This document shows, piece by piece, positions 12,224 to 23,540 of a stretch of DNA of 64,000 nucleotides. Source of the stretch: Octopus vulgaris (Eukaryota); contig OX597838.1 of assembly GCA_951406725.2 (NCBI GenBank), positions 33,170,001 through 33,234,000 of the forward strand. The letters are read 5' to 3'. A program made the translations under genes and the position numbers. The number at the start of each line of letters is the position of its first letter. Position 1 is the stretch's first letter. Below the pieces are notes generated by a model. That model had not been told where the DNA came from and made no database searches. It saw only the letters and a list, made by a program, of their open reading frames with translations.

Positions 12224-12842
12224 CAGATATGTCGTTTTTGTTTTAAGTTTCATGAGATAAGCGTAATGTAGTTGATGTATTTGACAGTGTTTGCAGCGTG
12301 TATGTAAATCGGGGGGGAAAAAAAAAGAAAAAAGTGGAAGAAACTAAAAGAAAAAAAAAACGAAGAAAAGATAGGGAATCTCCGTCCGGAAAAAATATCT
12401 AAGTATGTCTTTCCCCCTGCCCCTAGGGGATGTATTGACAACGTTAATGTGACTATCATAGAAGACCTGACGATGACGACCCAGCGAGAACATGGCGATA
12501 AAACACCATCTTGCTAGCCTCTAACCCTCAGACATTCAACCGCTTCTCTTCATCCGTGGATGCAAAGATACCAAGTCGGGATGCTTACTTTAGCAGTTTG
12601 TATATTGTAATGTATATCGTTATATCTTTTATCTTTTACTCGCTTCTGGCATTGGACAGCGGCCGTGCTGGGGCAACCGCCTTGAAGTGTTTTTCATTCG
12701 AACGAGGCGACCCCTGGGCTTTATTTACGTTTGTTTGGTCTAAAGCCTGGTGCTTATTCTATCGGTCGCTTTGGCTGAACCGCTAGGTTACGGTGGACGT
12801 AAACAAACCAACACATCAAGCGTGGTTGGGAGACACACACAC

Positions 12843-12913
<71 letters not shown>

Positions 12914-13040
12914 GGTATGTAGAAAAATACACAGCGGTGGTAAACACGGACAGGACATTCGAAACCTCAGTCTTCAGTCAAGAACACACATATGATTAAT
13001 ATATATATATATAGAAAAACTAGCTGGGAGCGTAGATATA

Positions 13041-13416
13041 CACTTGCGTCAGAAATTAATTAGCACTTCTCAAATTTCTACATTAAATAGGTTAAATCAA
13101 TTAACCTATGAGCTGTTCAAAACGTCTTACGCGATGAGAAAACTTAGTATGGTGTGATTTCGGTCCTTGCGAGGCGCTACCTATATCTATTAAACAAAGG
13201 AAGTTTGTCTGCATCCGCACTCCAAGTTGTTGTTGCACTGCTATGTCAACATCATAAGGCTGTAGACTCTCAAACTGCTCTGCAAACAAAGTTACGTCAT
13301 CGTTCTGCGCAACAGTGAACTCGCAACAAAGCAATAGTTCGAGATATGGCCACTAGGTGACAGCACATACCTTGAGTGAAGAGCAAATCAAGGGTGCTAA
13401 TTAATTTCTGACGGTA

Positions 13417-13419
<3 letters not shown>
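13041..13419. mobile_element. Tc1/mariner-type non-autonomous element (MITE)
   Basis: TIRs CACTTGCGTCAGAAATTAATTAGCAC / GTGCTAATTAATTTCTGACGGTAGTG, both flanked by TA. Confidence 0.88.
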
Positions 13420-13477
<58 letters not shown>

Positions 13478-13479
<2 letters not shown>

Positions 13480-13654
13480 CGTAGGAGTGGCTGTGTGGTA
13501 AGTAGCTTGCTTACCAACCACATGGTTACGGGTTCAGTTCCACTGCGTGGCACCGTGGGCAAGTGTCTTCTACTATACTATAGCCACGGGCCGACCAAAG
13601 CTTTGTGAGTGGATTTGGTAGGCAGAAACTGAAAGAAGCCCATCGTATATATAG

Positions 13655-13693
<39 letters not shown>

Positions 13694-13905
13694 TGTGTGT
13701 GTATTTGTGTGTCTGTGTTTGTCCCCCCAGCATCGCTTGACAACCGATGCCGGTGTGTTTACGTCCCCGTAACTTAGCGGTTCGGCAAAAGAGAACGATA
13801 GAATAAGTACTAGGCTTACAAAGAATAAGTCCCGGGGTCGATTTGCTCTACTAAAAGCAGTGCTACAGCATGGCCACAGTCAAATGACTGAAACAAGTAA
13901 AAGAG
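13478..13905 (+). mobile_element. SINE family B, full length
   Basis: Complete head, internal microsatellite and tail. Confidence 0.92.
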
Positions 13906-14401
13906 ATATATGACGGGCTTTTTTTTCAGTTTCCTTCAACCAAATCTACTCAAAATGCTTTGAACAGTTTGGTGCTACAGTAGAAAGCACTTGCTCAAGA
14001 GGCCGTGCTGCGGGACCGAACCGAGAACCGTGCATTTGTGAAGCAAACGTGGCGCCTAGATCTTCGCAACGTCCTAAGGCATGTTGCTGTTGTTGTTATT
14101 GTTGTCGTCGTTGCTTTTACTGTTCTGTTTTGTTGGTAGAAGACCTGATCTCATAACGGCAGAAATTGGAATAGGTCGTTGTTTTCCTGTTTTTCTTTTG
14201 ACACAACATGGCGCGTTAGTAAGTGTCACGTGAATGAACCAAACATGAATATACCTTCTATAAACCTTCACCACGGGACAAGCTTCGTGCAAGACAATTC
14301 CGCGCCCCCTAAACTGGGGCATCACGCGCATAAAACACAACATGCGTAATAATATATAGATCAATTATTATATGATACATATATACACACATACATGCAT
14401 G

Positions 14402-14464
<63 letters not shown>

Positions 14465-14536
14465 GGGGGAGAATTCACGAAAAAAACAAAAGTCGAAGAA
14501 AGATGTATTAGTATAACGCTCAGGAATAGAAAAGGT

Positions 14537-14572
14537 CTTTTACATTTCGAGCCTACGCTCTTCTACAGAAAG
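14537..14572 (-). ncRNA. Minimal hammerhead-like motif, A6U core variant (family P2), within PLE-like fragment about 14461-14630
   Basis: cuuu-CUGUAGA-A-GAGC guag GCUC-GAAA-UG-UA-aaag. Confidence 0.7.
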
Positions 14573-14627
14573 GAACACAGAAAGAAACAAGGAGAGAAAG
14601 AGGGAGAGAAAAAAATGTGTGTACTGG

Positions 14628-14671
<44 letters not shown>

Positions 14672-14747
14672 TTAAAAATGACAACAAAAGAATGGGACCT
14701 CGATATCAGGTAAATAGAGGATTATTTATATATGTATAGTTGTCATT

Positions 14748-14806
14748 ATAGTACTCGGAGTTTCGAATGTCAGAGCGAAGAGCTAAGATGCATTCCCGTC
14801 GGCTGT
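14748..14806 (-). ncRNA. Decayed type I hammerhead
   Basis: acag-CCGACGG-GAAUG...CAUUC-GAAA-CUCCGAG-UA-cuau; stems II/III intact, two core substitutions. Confidence 0.5.
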
Positions 14807-14826
14807 TAATGGCAATAGAGGTGTAT

Positions 14827-14868
<42 letters not shown>

Positions 14869-14946
14869 CGGAGTAAGCACATAAATGCGAAACAAGGTGA
14901 AAAAAATAGAAAAATAGTACTCGAATACCAAAGGTAGAGTAATATG

Positions 14947-15081
14947 CTTTATTGAAAAGCAGCAGAAATAGCACAAAAACTGCTACGTTCCCGTTCATCG
15001 AACAGGTTTTCTGTCTGGCGAACGGCAACGTGAAACTCTGAGTAACAGTTTTTGTGATATTTCTGCTGCTTTTCAGTAAAG
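14947..15081. repeat. Fold-back (inverted) duplication of a hammerhead-bearing element end
   Basis: Arms 14947-14985 and 15043-15081 are reverse complements (3 mismatches); homology continues into the ribozyme cores in the centre. Confidence 0.85.
15011..15048 (+). ncRNA. Type I hammerhead ribozyme, A6G mutant
   Basis: cugu-CUGGCGA-ACG gcaa CGU-GAAA-CUCUGAG-UA-acag. Confidence 0.7.
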
Positions 15082-15083
15082 TG

Positions 15084-15148
<65 letters not shown>

Positions 15149-15192
15149 GCATGCATGTATGTGTATATATATATATATATATATATACATAC

Positions 15193-15280
15193 ATACTTTG
15201 ATACTTTGATACTTTGATACTTTGATAGGTTTCGGCCATTATTGGCCCAGGCCATGTCTAACTTAATAGCACCACCTGGT
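15193..15280 (-). mobile_element. 56-nt mini retro-element with (ATCAAAGT)n tail
   Basis: First 56 nt identical to 30524-30579; four tail repeats here. Confidence 0.8.
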
Positions 15281-15372
15281 GCATATAACGAAGAACAAAC
15301 ACAAGAAAAGAGCAACAATGCGAGGACGTAGTACATGTAAAGTATTAGCAGACGCTCAGGGAAAGAAAGATA

Positions 15373-15408
15373 GTTTAAGGTTTCGAGCAGACGCTCTTCT
15401 TCAGAAAC
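15373..15408 (-). ncRNA. Minimal type I hammerhead ribozyme (family P1), intact core
   Basis: guuu-CUGAAGA-A-GAGC gucu GCUC-GAAA-CC-UU-aaac. Confidence 0.75.
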
Positions 15409-15550
15409 AGAGGAAAGTCCAATAGAAAAGGCAGGCGAAGGAAAAAAATTGCCGATTCACATGTGGTTAAATTTTTTGATATATATTACATGTATGATAC
15501 ATATATAATATTGTGAAACACGGTTTTTGTCCTTGGGTATTTCCTAATTT

Positions 15551-15757
15551 TCTTACCTCATGAAAGTACGAAATATGGTTAATATTTCCTACAAACTTTG
15601 CATTCCTCAAACTTATCCCTGCTTGGGCAGCTAGAAGTAAACTGAATTGTTAAGCCTACGATCCTAGCATTTATACTGCCATTTATGTTGCCAGAATGTT
15701 CTAGAAATTCTTGAAAGTTTTAGAAACTTCTCGAAATTTTTAGAAATTCCGAGAATA
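15551..15757 (-). promoter_or_regulatory. Putative heat-shock-inducible Pol II promoter: HSE array, TATA, Inr, 87-nt first exon, splice donor
   Basis: nGAAn units with about 10-bp period at 15693-15757; TATAAA at 15675-15670; TCAGTT Inr at 15645-15640 (+1 = 15643, TATA at -32); GAG|GTAAGA donor at 15557/15556. Confidence 0.65.
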
Positions 15758-15857
15758 GTAATAATTTCCTTTGAATTCTAGATATAAGCAAATAGGAAAC
15801 AACATTTACTGACCAAAGACGAAACAAAATTTTAATAATAATAATAATAATAATAAT

Positions 15858-16297
15858 TGCTCAATACCATAGATTTGCTTGTCAGTTATTTGATCTTAAC
15901 CAGTTGAGCATGTCCCTTAGTGGCTGACGATACGTGCATCTCTGATCACGAGCAGAAGTAGTGGGGGAGCATCATAGCCATGTGTTGATAGGGATTCTTT
16001 GGGGTTTGAATGATTCACCTCTGGAAACATGGGTGTTTCGTTCAACATCCTTAAACAACCCTTATTCAGGGACCTTTTGAGTGGGATGGGTTACTCGACC
16101 TGAAGAAAATTCTAACTGGGCCCCACCTGCAAGGTCATGTGCTGTTTATCTTGATATGAGATCACCATGTCGCGCACACATGGTTGTGATGCATGTGCCT
16201 AGTGTACCCTTATCAGACGGGTAGTCATGATAGGTATACTGGGCTTCGTATATTTTACCCCAGTGTCACTTTGATGGCATGCACTGCTCTCTCACTC
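15858..16297 (+). mobile_element. 3' portion of non-LTR retroelement inserted within a (TAA)n tract
   Basis: (TAA)n on both sides (15834-15857, 16298-16312); second copy at 912-1100. Confidence 0.7.
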
Positions 16298-16419
16298 AAT
16301 AATAATAATAATAGTAAAAGTAATAAGCTCTCAGAACAAAATACTCCAAATATTACATTGATAAAAGCACTGACTCGCCACAGTGTAGGATGTGCTCTGA
16401 GATGGGACAAAGTATAAAC

Positions 16420-16653
16420 TTATTTCTTTACTACCCACAAGGGGCTAAACACAGAGAGGACAAACAAGGACAGACAAACGGATTAAGTCGATTATATCGA
16501 CCCCAGTGCATAACTGGTACATAATTTATCGACCCCGAAAGGATGAAGGGCAAAGTCGACCTCGGCGGAATTTGAACTCAGAACGTAACGGCAGACAAAA
16601 TACCGCTAAGCCTTTTGCCCGGCGTGCTAACGTTTCTGCCAGTTCACCGCCTT
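16420..16653 (-). mobile_element. SINE family A, monomer
   Basis: Homology to 588-820. Confidence 0.9.
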
Positions 16654-16737
16654 TAAATTATAAACCATATTGTTAGTAAGTGCTGTAAGCTTGCACAACG
16701 CGAATACAAAAGGAGATACGACAATGTGGCCAGATAC

Positions 16738-16753
16738 TATATATATATACACA

Positions 16754-16834
<81 letters not shown>

Positions 16835-16850
16835 ATGTACACTTTGTTCT

Positions 16851-16891
<41 letters not shown>

Positions 16892-16973
16892 ATATATATA
16901 TTTATATATATGTATGTATGTTTATATATGTATATATGTATATATGTATATATACATATATATACATATATAA

Positions 16974-17005
<32 letters not shown>

Positions 17006-17044
17006 ATACATATATATATAAGAGAACAAAGAGTACATACATAA

Positions 17045-17127
<83 letters not shown>
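16738..17127. repeat. Compound (TA)n/(CA)n microsatellite
   Basis: direct reading. Confidence 0.95.
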
Positions 17128-17130
<3 letters not shown>

Positions 17131-17464
17131 GGTAGGTGTGTGTGACTGTATATGTGCATGCGCACGTATGCGGCATCGTTTTTACTACTTAACACCACCG
17201 AACGCTCGTCATTCCAGTACAACCAGGACCAACACTACTGACGTCAAACGTCGTACTAGCTAATTAATCATGCCGCCCCAACATAATTAACTAGCTACTC
17301 ACGTCCATCATCACCGACATATCTAATTACTAATTAACCAATCACAACCACCACCACCACCACCGCCACCATCACCACCGCCACCACCACCACCACCACT
17401 ACCACCACTACCACCACCACTACCACCATTATCCTCATCTCCCACTATCGTCATGAACCAGCAG

Positions 17465-17715
17465 AGAAGCCTGTATGTGGCCGCTTGCCTAGTTAGAAAC
17501 AGCAGTCAAATCTCCCTCAATCCACCGCCCTGAAGTCATAAAAGAGAAAAAGTCACATTGGATAGTGTAGTCCTGGATACACTACGCTATACTGATTTTG
17601 AAGAATAGAATGTGCAGTCAATGTGCAGGATGGAGGTCACGGCTGGAACACTTTTGATCATAGCTTTGCTGACTGAGGATCGGAATGGATAGGGGGAGTA
17701 TAAGCTTAAACAACA
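17465..17715 (+). mobile_element. Old dispersed retroposon family F (representative copy)
   Basis: TAGAAACAGCAGTCAAATCTCCCTCAA...GGATAGTGTAGTCCTGGA...GGTCACGGCTGGAA...TAAACAACA; diverged relatives at about 21165-21420, 21975-22105, 28310-28505, 30070-30230, 45340-45420, 45780-46070, 51280-51790 and 57685-57830. Confidence 0.65.
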
Positions 17716-18776
17716 TCACCACCATCATCACTATCAACTCTCCCACCACCACCACCACCACCGCCGCCGCCGTCACCACCGTAAAAAGACAGGAAGGTCG
17801 TGGTAGGAATGTCTTTTTGATCATATAAGTCTGCTCGATTAGAAACTGACCAAAGGCTAAAATACGACAATGACCCCACCACAAACCTTCTTACTCATCA
17901 TCATCATCATCATCATCATCGTCATCATCATCATTATCATCATTATCATCATCATCATCCTGTCAACGATCTGCTTCTTCAAAATACCTTTTTCCCCTCC
18001 CCTTCTCCCTCTCTCTCACCCTCCGCTTCCCCTCCTCCTCCGTCTTCTTTCTCTCTCTCTCTCTCTTCCTCTCCTCTCCCTCTCTCTTATTCGTTCCTCT
18101 TCCTCCTCACTCCCTCCTTGTCTCCACCCCCACACTAGTTATCTCCTTCCTGTTGAGTGGATGTGGATGCTGCACCTAGGAAACCCAAATATCCTGTCAT
18201 GTGACCACACCCATCATCGAACATCGCTACCACCACCACCACCACCACCACGCCTGTCACCAGCTTCATCACCATGCCTGTCACTCAGCACCAGCACCAT
18301 CATCACCACCACCGCCACGCCTGTCAGCATGAGCTCCTCCTCCTCCTCTTTCCCTCCCTTTTCCCTCTCTTCCTTCTTTACACACTCTCACTCCACCCCC
18401 ACCCCCACCCACCCCACGTGACAGCGCAACACCTGCAACACGATCCCAGCACTCGTCTGAACCCTCTCTATCACGAGAGCCCAACGACGACGAATCGCTA
18501 AGATATTTGTCGTTGGGGCCCCACCAATATCCCTTAAAATATCTGCCGGCAGCTTACACTGTCCCCTATCAGATGACACTCCTTGCAAGTGCAGATGCAG
18601 AATAACACCCCTCCACACACACATGCTCACACCCACACGCGCTGACGCGCGCGCGTGGAGCTTACCCCTCATTACAACCTCCAAAATCTTACAAAGACAT
18701 GGTCCCTATCTATGCCAAGTCTTACATGGCTCCTGTGTATACCAGGGATAACCAAATTCTCTTTATAATGGCCCCT

Positions 18777-19196
18777 TCTTCGTTTGGGGTTTGTATTTAC
18801 CCACGACCTACTTTTCGTTTTGGGTTTACATTTATTTATCCATGACAATCTTTTCGTTTTTGGGGCTTACATTTACCCATGACCTATTTTTCGATTTGGG
18901 TTTACAGTTACCCATGACTTACTTTTCGTTTTGGGTTTACATTTACCTATGACCTACTTTCGATTTGGGCGTACATTAACCCATGACCTACTTTTCGTTT
19001 TAGGTTTACATTTACCCATGACCTACTTTTCGTTTTGGGTTTACATTTTACCCATGACCTACATTTCGTTTTGGGTTTACATTTACCCATGACCTACCTT
19101 TCGTTTTGGGTTTACATTCACCCATGACCTACTTTTCGTTTGAGTTCTACATTAACCCATGACGTACTTTTCGTTTTGGGTTTACATTTACCCATG
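18777..19196. repeat. 35-bp minisatellite, about 12 copies
   Basis: Unit TTTTCGTTTTGGGTTTACATTTACCCATGACCTAC. Confidence 0.95.
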
Positions 19197-19247
19197 GCCC
19201 CTGATGCATGTTACATAATATATAAATATAAATCTGACAAACGTGAG

Positions 19248-19492
19248 GGCGCATGCTTAGCAGTGTGATAAGAAATTTGCTTCGCAACCAAATGGTTTCG
19301 TGTTCAGTCCTACTGCACGGTGCCTTGAATAAGTGTCTTCCATCCAGCCTTGTGGGTGAATTTGGTGGACGGAAACTGAAAGAAGCCCGTCTACCAAATT
19401 CACTCGCAAAGCATTGGTCAGCTCGGGGATATAGTAGAAGACACTTGTCCAAGGTACTGTATCGCGCAGTGGGACTGAACCCGGAACCATGC
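19248..19492. mobile_element. Two SINE B heads joined in inverted orientation (fold-back)
   Basis: Plus-strand head 19248-19388 followed directly by a minus-strand head 19389-19492. Confidence 0.8.
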
Positions 19493-19598
19493 AGCCTAGG
19501 TCATTGGGAAAGCTTTAATCACAGATCGTTTCAATGAAGCTTTGATTTCGTACAAAGAAACGAAAAAGGAAGATTTCTCCCAATCGGGACTCACGCCA

Positions 19599-19681
<83 letters not shown>

Positions 19682-19865
19682 GGGTGGATGTCAAAGAATG
19701 GACCCAGCATTTTCCTCTCAGCGTGTCGCAGCAAAAGGCGACTAAAAGAGGCTGAAGTAGGATTTGAACTCCGACCTCGCAAAGCCCTCGCCAGAAATGA
19801 CTCTTTTGATGACAGCTACAGCAACATGAGCAACAACAAAAACAACTACCACCACAACCACCACC

Positions 19866-19951
<86 letters not shown>

Positions 19952-20632
19952 TACATCGCAAACACCATAAAACAAGCATTACAATCGCAAGCCACAAACA
20001 AACGTCACCACCACCGGCATCACCGCCACCACCAACGCTGCTATCATCACCATCGCCACCTTCATCCCACCATCACCACCACCACCACTGCCACCAGAGG
20101 AGATATCACTATCTCTCGTCTTCTGAAGTAATTTCCAGAACCACTTATACCGCTATCGCCATTGTTTCCAAACCATCGCCACCACAGCCACCACCACCAC
20201 CACCACCACCACCACCACCACCACCACTACTGCCGCCACTACCAGCACCACCGCCGCCGCCGCCACCACCTCCACCACCACCACTGCTGTCTGGATGCTT
20301 TGGGGGTGAAATAAAAATAAACAATCGTAACCTTGTTAAACCCAACCATATCGGCGGGTGGCGGCGGAGGAGCGGGGTGGGGTGGGTGTGGATGGAGGAG
20401 TTGGAAGGTGGGGTGGCGGGTTTGTTACATTATCACCACCACCACCACCATCACCACCACCACCACCACGATTATCTAATCCGCCATCGCTGCCGCCACC
20501 ACCGCCCTCACTCACCCGCTGGCATCTTTCGCTAAGACGGCAGATGGAATAATTATAATAACCCCACGACAGACAACAACAATAGCAACAACAACAACAA
20601 CAACATAAAAAAGAAACATGGAAAGCAAGAAA

Positions 20633-20655
20633 TGTGTGTGTGCGTGTTTAGTTGC

Positions 20656-20702
<47 letters not shown>

Positions 20703-20885
20703 TTTATGTGTAAGTGTGTGTTTATTCGTGTATGTGCGTTTGGATGTGTGTGTATCTGTGTGTATTGGATGTGCATCTGTGTGTTTGTGTGTGTGAGTGT
20801 GTGTGTGTTGTGTTTAGCTGCGAGTGTGTGTGTGTGTGTGTGTGTGTTCCGCTTTGTGTTGTGTGCGTGTGTGTGTGTGTGTATT

Positions 20886-20916
<31 letters not shown>

Positions 20917-21010
20917 TTCTGTATGTGTAAGTGTGTGTATATTCGTATATATGCGTTTGGATGTGTGTGTATCTGTGTGTATGTGTGTATCTGTGTGTGT
21001 TGGATGTGTA

Positions 21011-21076
<66 letters not shown>
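20633..21076. repeat. Degenerate (TG)n tract
   Basis: direct reading. Confidence 0.95.
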
Positions 21077-21078
<2 letters not shown>

Positions 21079-21473
21079 TCATCTTAATGCCGCCGAAATG
21101 TTTTGCAGAAAGGCATCTACAGCTTTAAATCTCTTGCAATGAAGCAACGTAAGACACCACTATATGGTAGCTAGACTAGCTAGACATAGCAGGCAAATCG
21201 CCCTCAAATCACACCCTACTCTATTATACATGCATATATGTATGTTTAAGCCAACAAGAAAGCATGAAAGCTAGGCCAGCTAAACACAGAAGTTAAATCT
21301 CCCACAAATCACACCCTGCTCTCTTCAAAAATGAATAAAATGGATAATGTAGTGCTGGATGGTCACAGCTGGAAAGAAATGGATCATAAATCTGTTCAAC
21401 CTTCGGGTTGACCTGTAGGTATAGAGCACACAGAACGACTCGTCTCGCGACAAGTTACAAATTGGACAGAAAT

Positions 21474-21745
21474 CTTTTTGAGATCACGCCCCGAGATGCA
21501 CGCAAGCCTGAAAGATAGACGGGATGATCATGGCCAGAAAGCCACCTAGAGAGCTCACCGAGGGTCAAACAGCAGCGACATCTAGGAAAAATCTAATGAG
21601 AAATACCTCTTTTTGAGATAACGCCCCCAGATACACGCACGCCTGAGAGAAAGGCGAGATGATCATGGCCAGAAAGCCACCTAGAGAGCTCACCGAGGGT
21701 TAAACAGCAGCGACATCTAGGGAAAATCTAATGAGAAATACCTCT
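21474..21745. repeat. 135-bp tandem duplication of a family F fragment
   Basis: CTTTTTGAGAT starts at 21474 and 21609; GATCATGGCCAGAAAGCCACCTAGAGAGCTCACCGAGGG identical in both copies. Confidence 0.9.
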
Positions 21746-21772
21746 ACGTGGTCGCTTGGCCTTTTAAATATA

Positions 21773-21966
21773 CGAGGGTGTGTTTAAAAGTTCCTGCTTT
21801 TAAGGGTATCGCGAACGGCCAGGTTGGAAACCCAACCTTCCGAGGACCACTGCAATAAGTGTGTTAATCTGAGTGGGGGTGGTGGAATATGTTGAATAGA
21901 ATCATAATTAAGAGATCCTCTTGTATTTTCTGTTTCCCAAAGCCAAGAAATTTTCAACACTCCTCG
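21773..21966 (+). mobile_element. Mariner-derived MITE
   Basis: TA|CGAGGGTGTGTTTAAAAGTTCCTG ... CAAGAAATTTTCAACACTCCTCG TIRs; internal KCVN..EYVE* transposase C-terminal remnant; a second 5' end at about 26403-26490. Confidence 0.8.
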
Positions 21967-22452
21967 TTGAGACCAAATGTCATTGAAATCACACACCCGC
22001 CATCTTAAAAAGAGGAAGGCCGCATTGCACATAATACAGTCCTAGATAACACAATAAAGAACAAATAAATTCGGGATGGACGTGGCTGAAATTGGGTTAA
22101 ACAACAATAAAAACCTATCAAAATAGCAACAGTTAATAATTGTTTCTAATAAAGACACGAGATCTAATAATTTGGGGAAGAAGTGAGGGAATGTTGTAAA
22201 TAATTACAAATGAAATAACGCAGTTTCTCGTGTGAAACCTCGTGACAGGACATAAAGTGGGGTGTCATTATAGAAATAAGGACGGAAAAATAAACAAGAA
22301 TTATTTATTTCCAACGACATTTAGTTTAATTAGGGCATATTTTAGAGAGAAAAAGATAATAATAAAAGCTAGTAGTACTGTTAAAAATTCCAACTGCGCA
22401 ATTGCAAAGTGAATCGATGACTTCCTGTTAGATTTTATTATTAAATCTTTGA

Positions 22453-22765
22453 AGGCAGCGAGATGGCAGAACTGTTAGCACGCCGGGTGAAATGCGTAGC
22501 CGTATTTCGTCTGCCGTTACGTTCTGAGTTCAAATTCCGCTGAGGTCGACTTTGCCTTTCATCCTTTCGGGGTACAGGGGTCAATATAATCGACATAATC
22601 CGTTTGTCTATCCTTGTTTGTCCGCTCTATGTTTCCACCCTTGTGGGCAATAAAGAAATAAGAAACGTTAGCACACCTGGCGAAATGCTTAGCGGTACTT
22701 TGTCTGCCGTTACGTTCTGAGTTCAAATTCCGCCGAGGCCGACTTTGCCTTTCATCCTTTCGGGA
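22453..22765 (+). mobile_element. SINE family A, internally deleted dimer
   Basis: Two B-box/central motifs joined by AAAGAAATAAGAAACGTTAGCAC. Confidence 0.85.
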
Positions 22766-23231
22766 TGTCATACTTATGTCATACTGTACTGACTTAACAA
22801 ATGAAAGACATATTAAACACAGTATTCCTAGATGGACCGTGCCACAATAAAATAAAAATGATAATGGTTCAGTTGCTGAGACTTTTATCTTTTTATTTAT
22901 TTCAGTCATTAGACTGCGACCGTGCTGAGGCACCGACTTGAAGAATTTTTTAGTCGAATGTATCGACCCCACTAATTTTTTTTCATATAAGCTTGGTATT
23001 TATTCTATTGGTCTTTTTTGCCGAACCGTTAAGTTACGGGGATGTAAACACACCAGCACTGGTTGCTAAGCGGTGGTGGAGATACACACAAACACACACA
23101 CACATATATATATATATTCAAAATGTCTATATATATATATATATATATATACATTCAAAATGTGACCGCGTGTGTACCGTTGGCGATTTTTTTCCTCCGT
23201 CTTCCCTTCTCTGGGTCTTTCCTTTTCCTAT

Positions 23232-23266
23232 GTTTCTGACGAAGAACTCCGCTCGAAACGTAAAAC
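23232..23266 (+). ncRNA. Minimal type I hammerhead ribozyme (family P1), intact core
   Basis: guuu-CUGACGA-A-GAAC ucc GCUC-GAAA-CG-UA-aaac (one stem II mismatch). Confidence 0.78.
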
Positions 23267-23365
23267 CCTCCTTCTTCCCTTCCTTCCAGAGCGTCCAATA
23301 ATACTATACTTGTTCCACGTTCTCGCACTGTTGTGTTTTCTCTTTGTGTTTTCATGTTTGGATTA

Positions 23366-23406
<41 letters not shown>

Positions 23407-23502
23407 CGGGAAGCTTTATGAAAATAAACAAAAGACGAAGGCAGGTGGAATACAAACAAACAATTGTATTAGTATGGCGCTCAGGAATATAAATAAAACA
23501 AG

Positions 23503-23540
23503 TCTTTTACGTTTCGAGCCTACGCTCTTCAACAGAAAGA
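23503..23540 (-). ncRNA. Minimal hammerhead-like motif, A6U variant (family P2)
   Basis: ucuuu-CUGUUGA-A-GAGC guag GCUC-GAAA-CG-UA-aaaga. Confidence 0.72.

Noticed and set aside
18777-19196. CRISPR-like array of about 35-bp hairpin repeats
   Set aside because: Units are contiguous with no unique spacers, no cas genes, eukaryotic context
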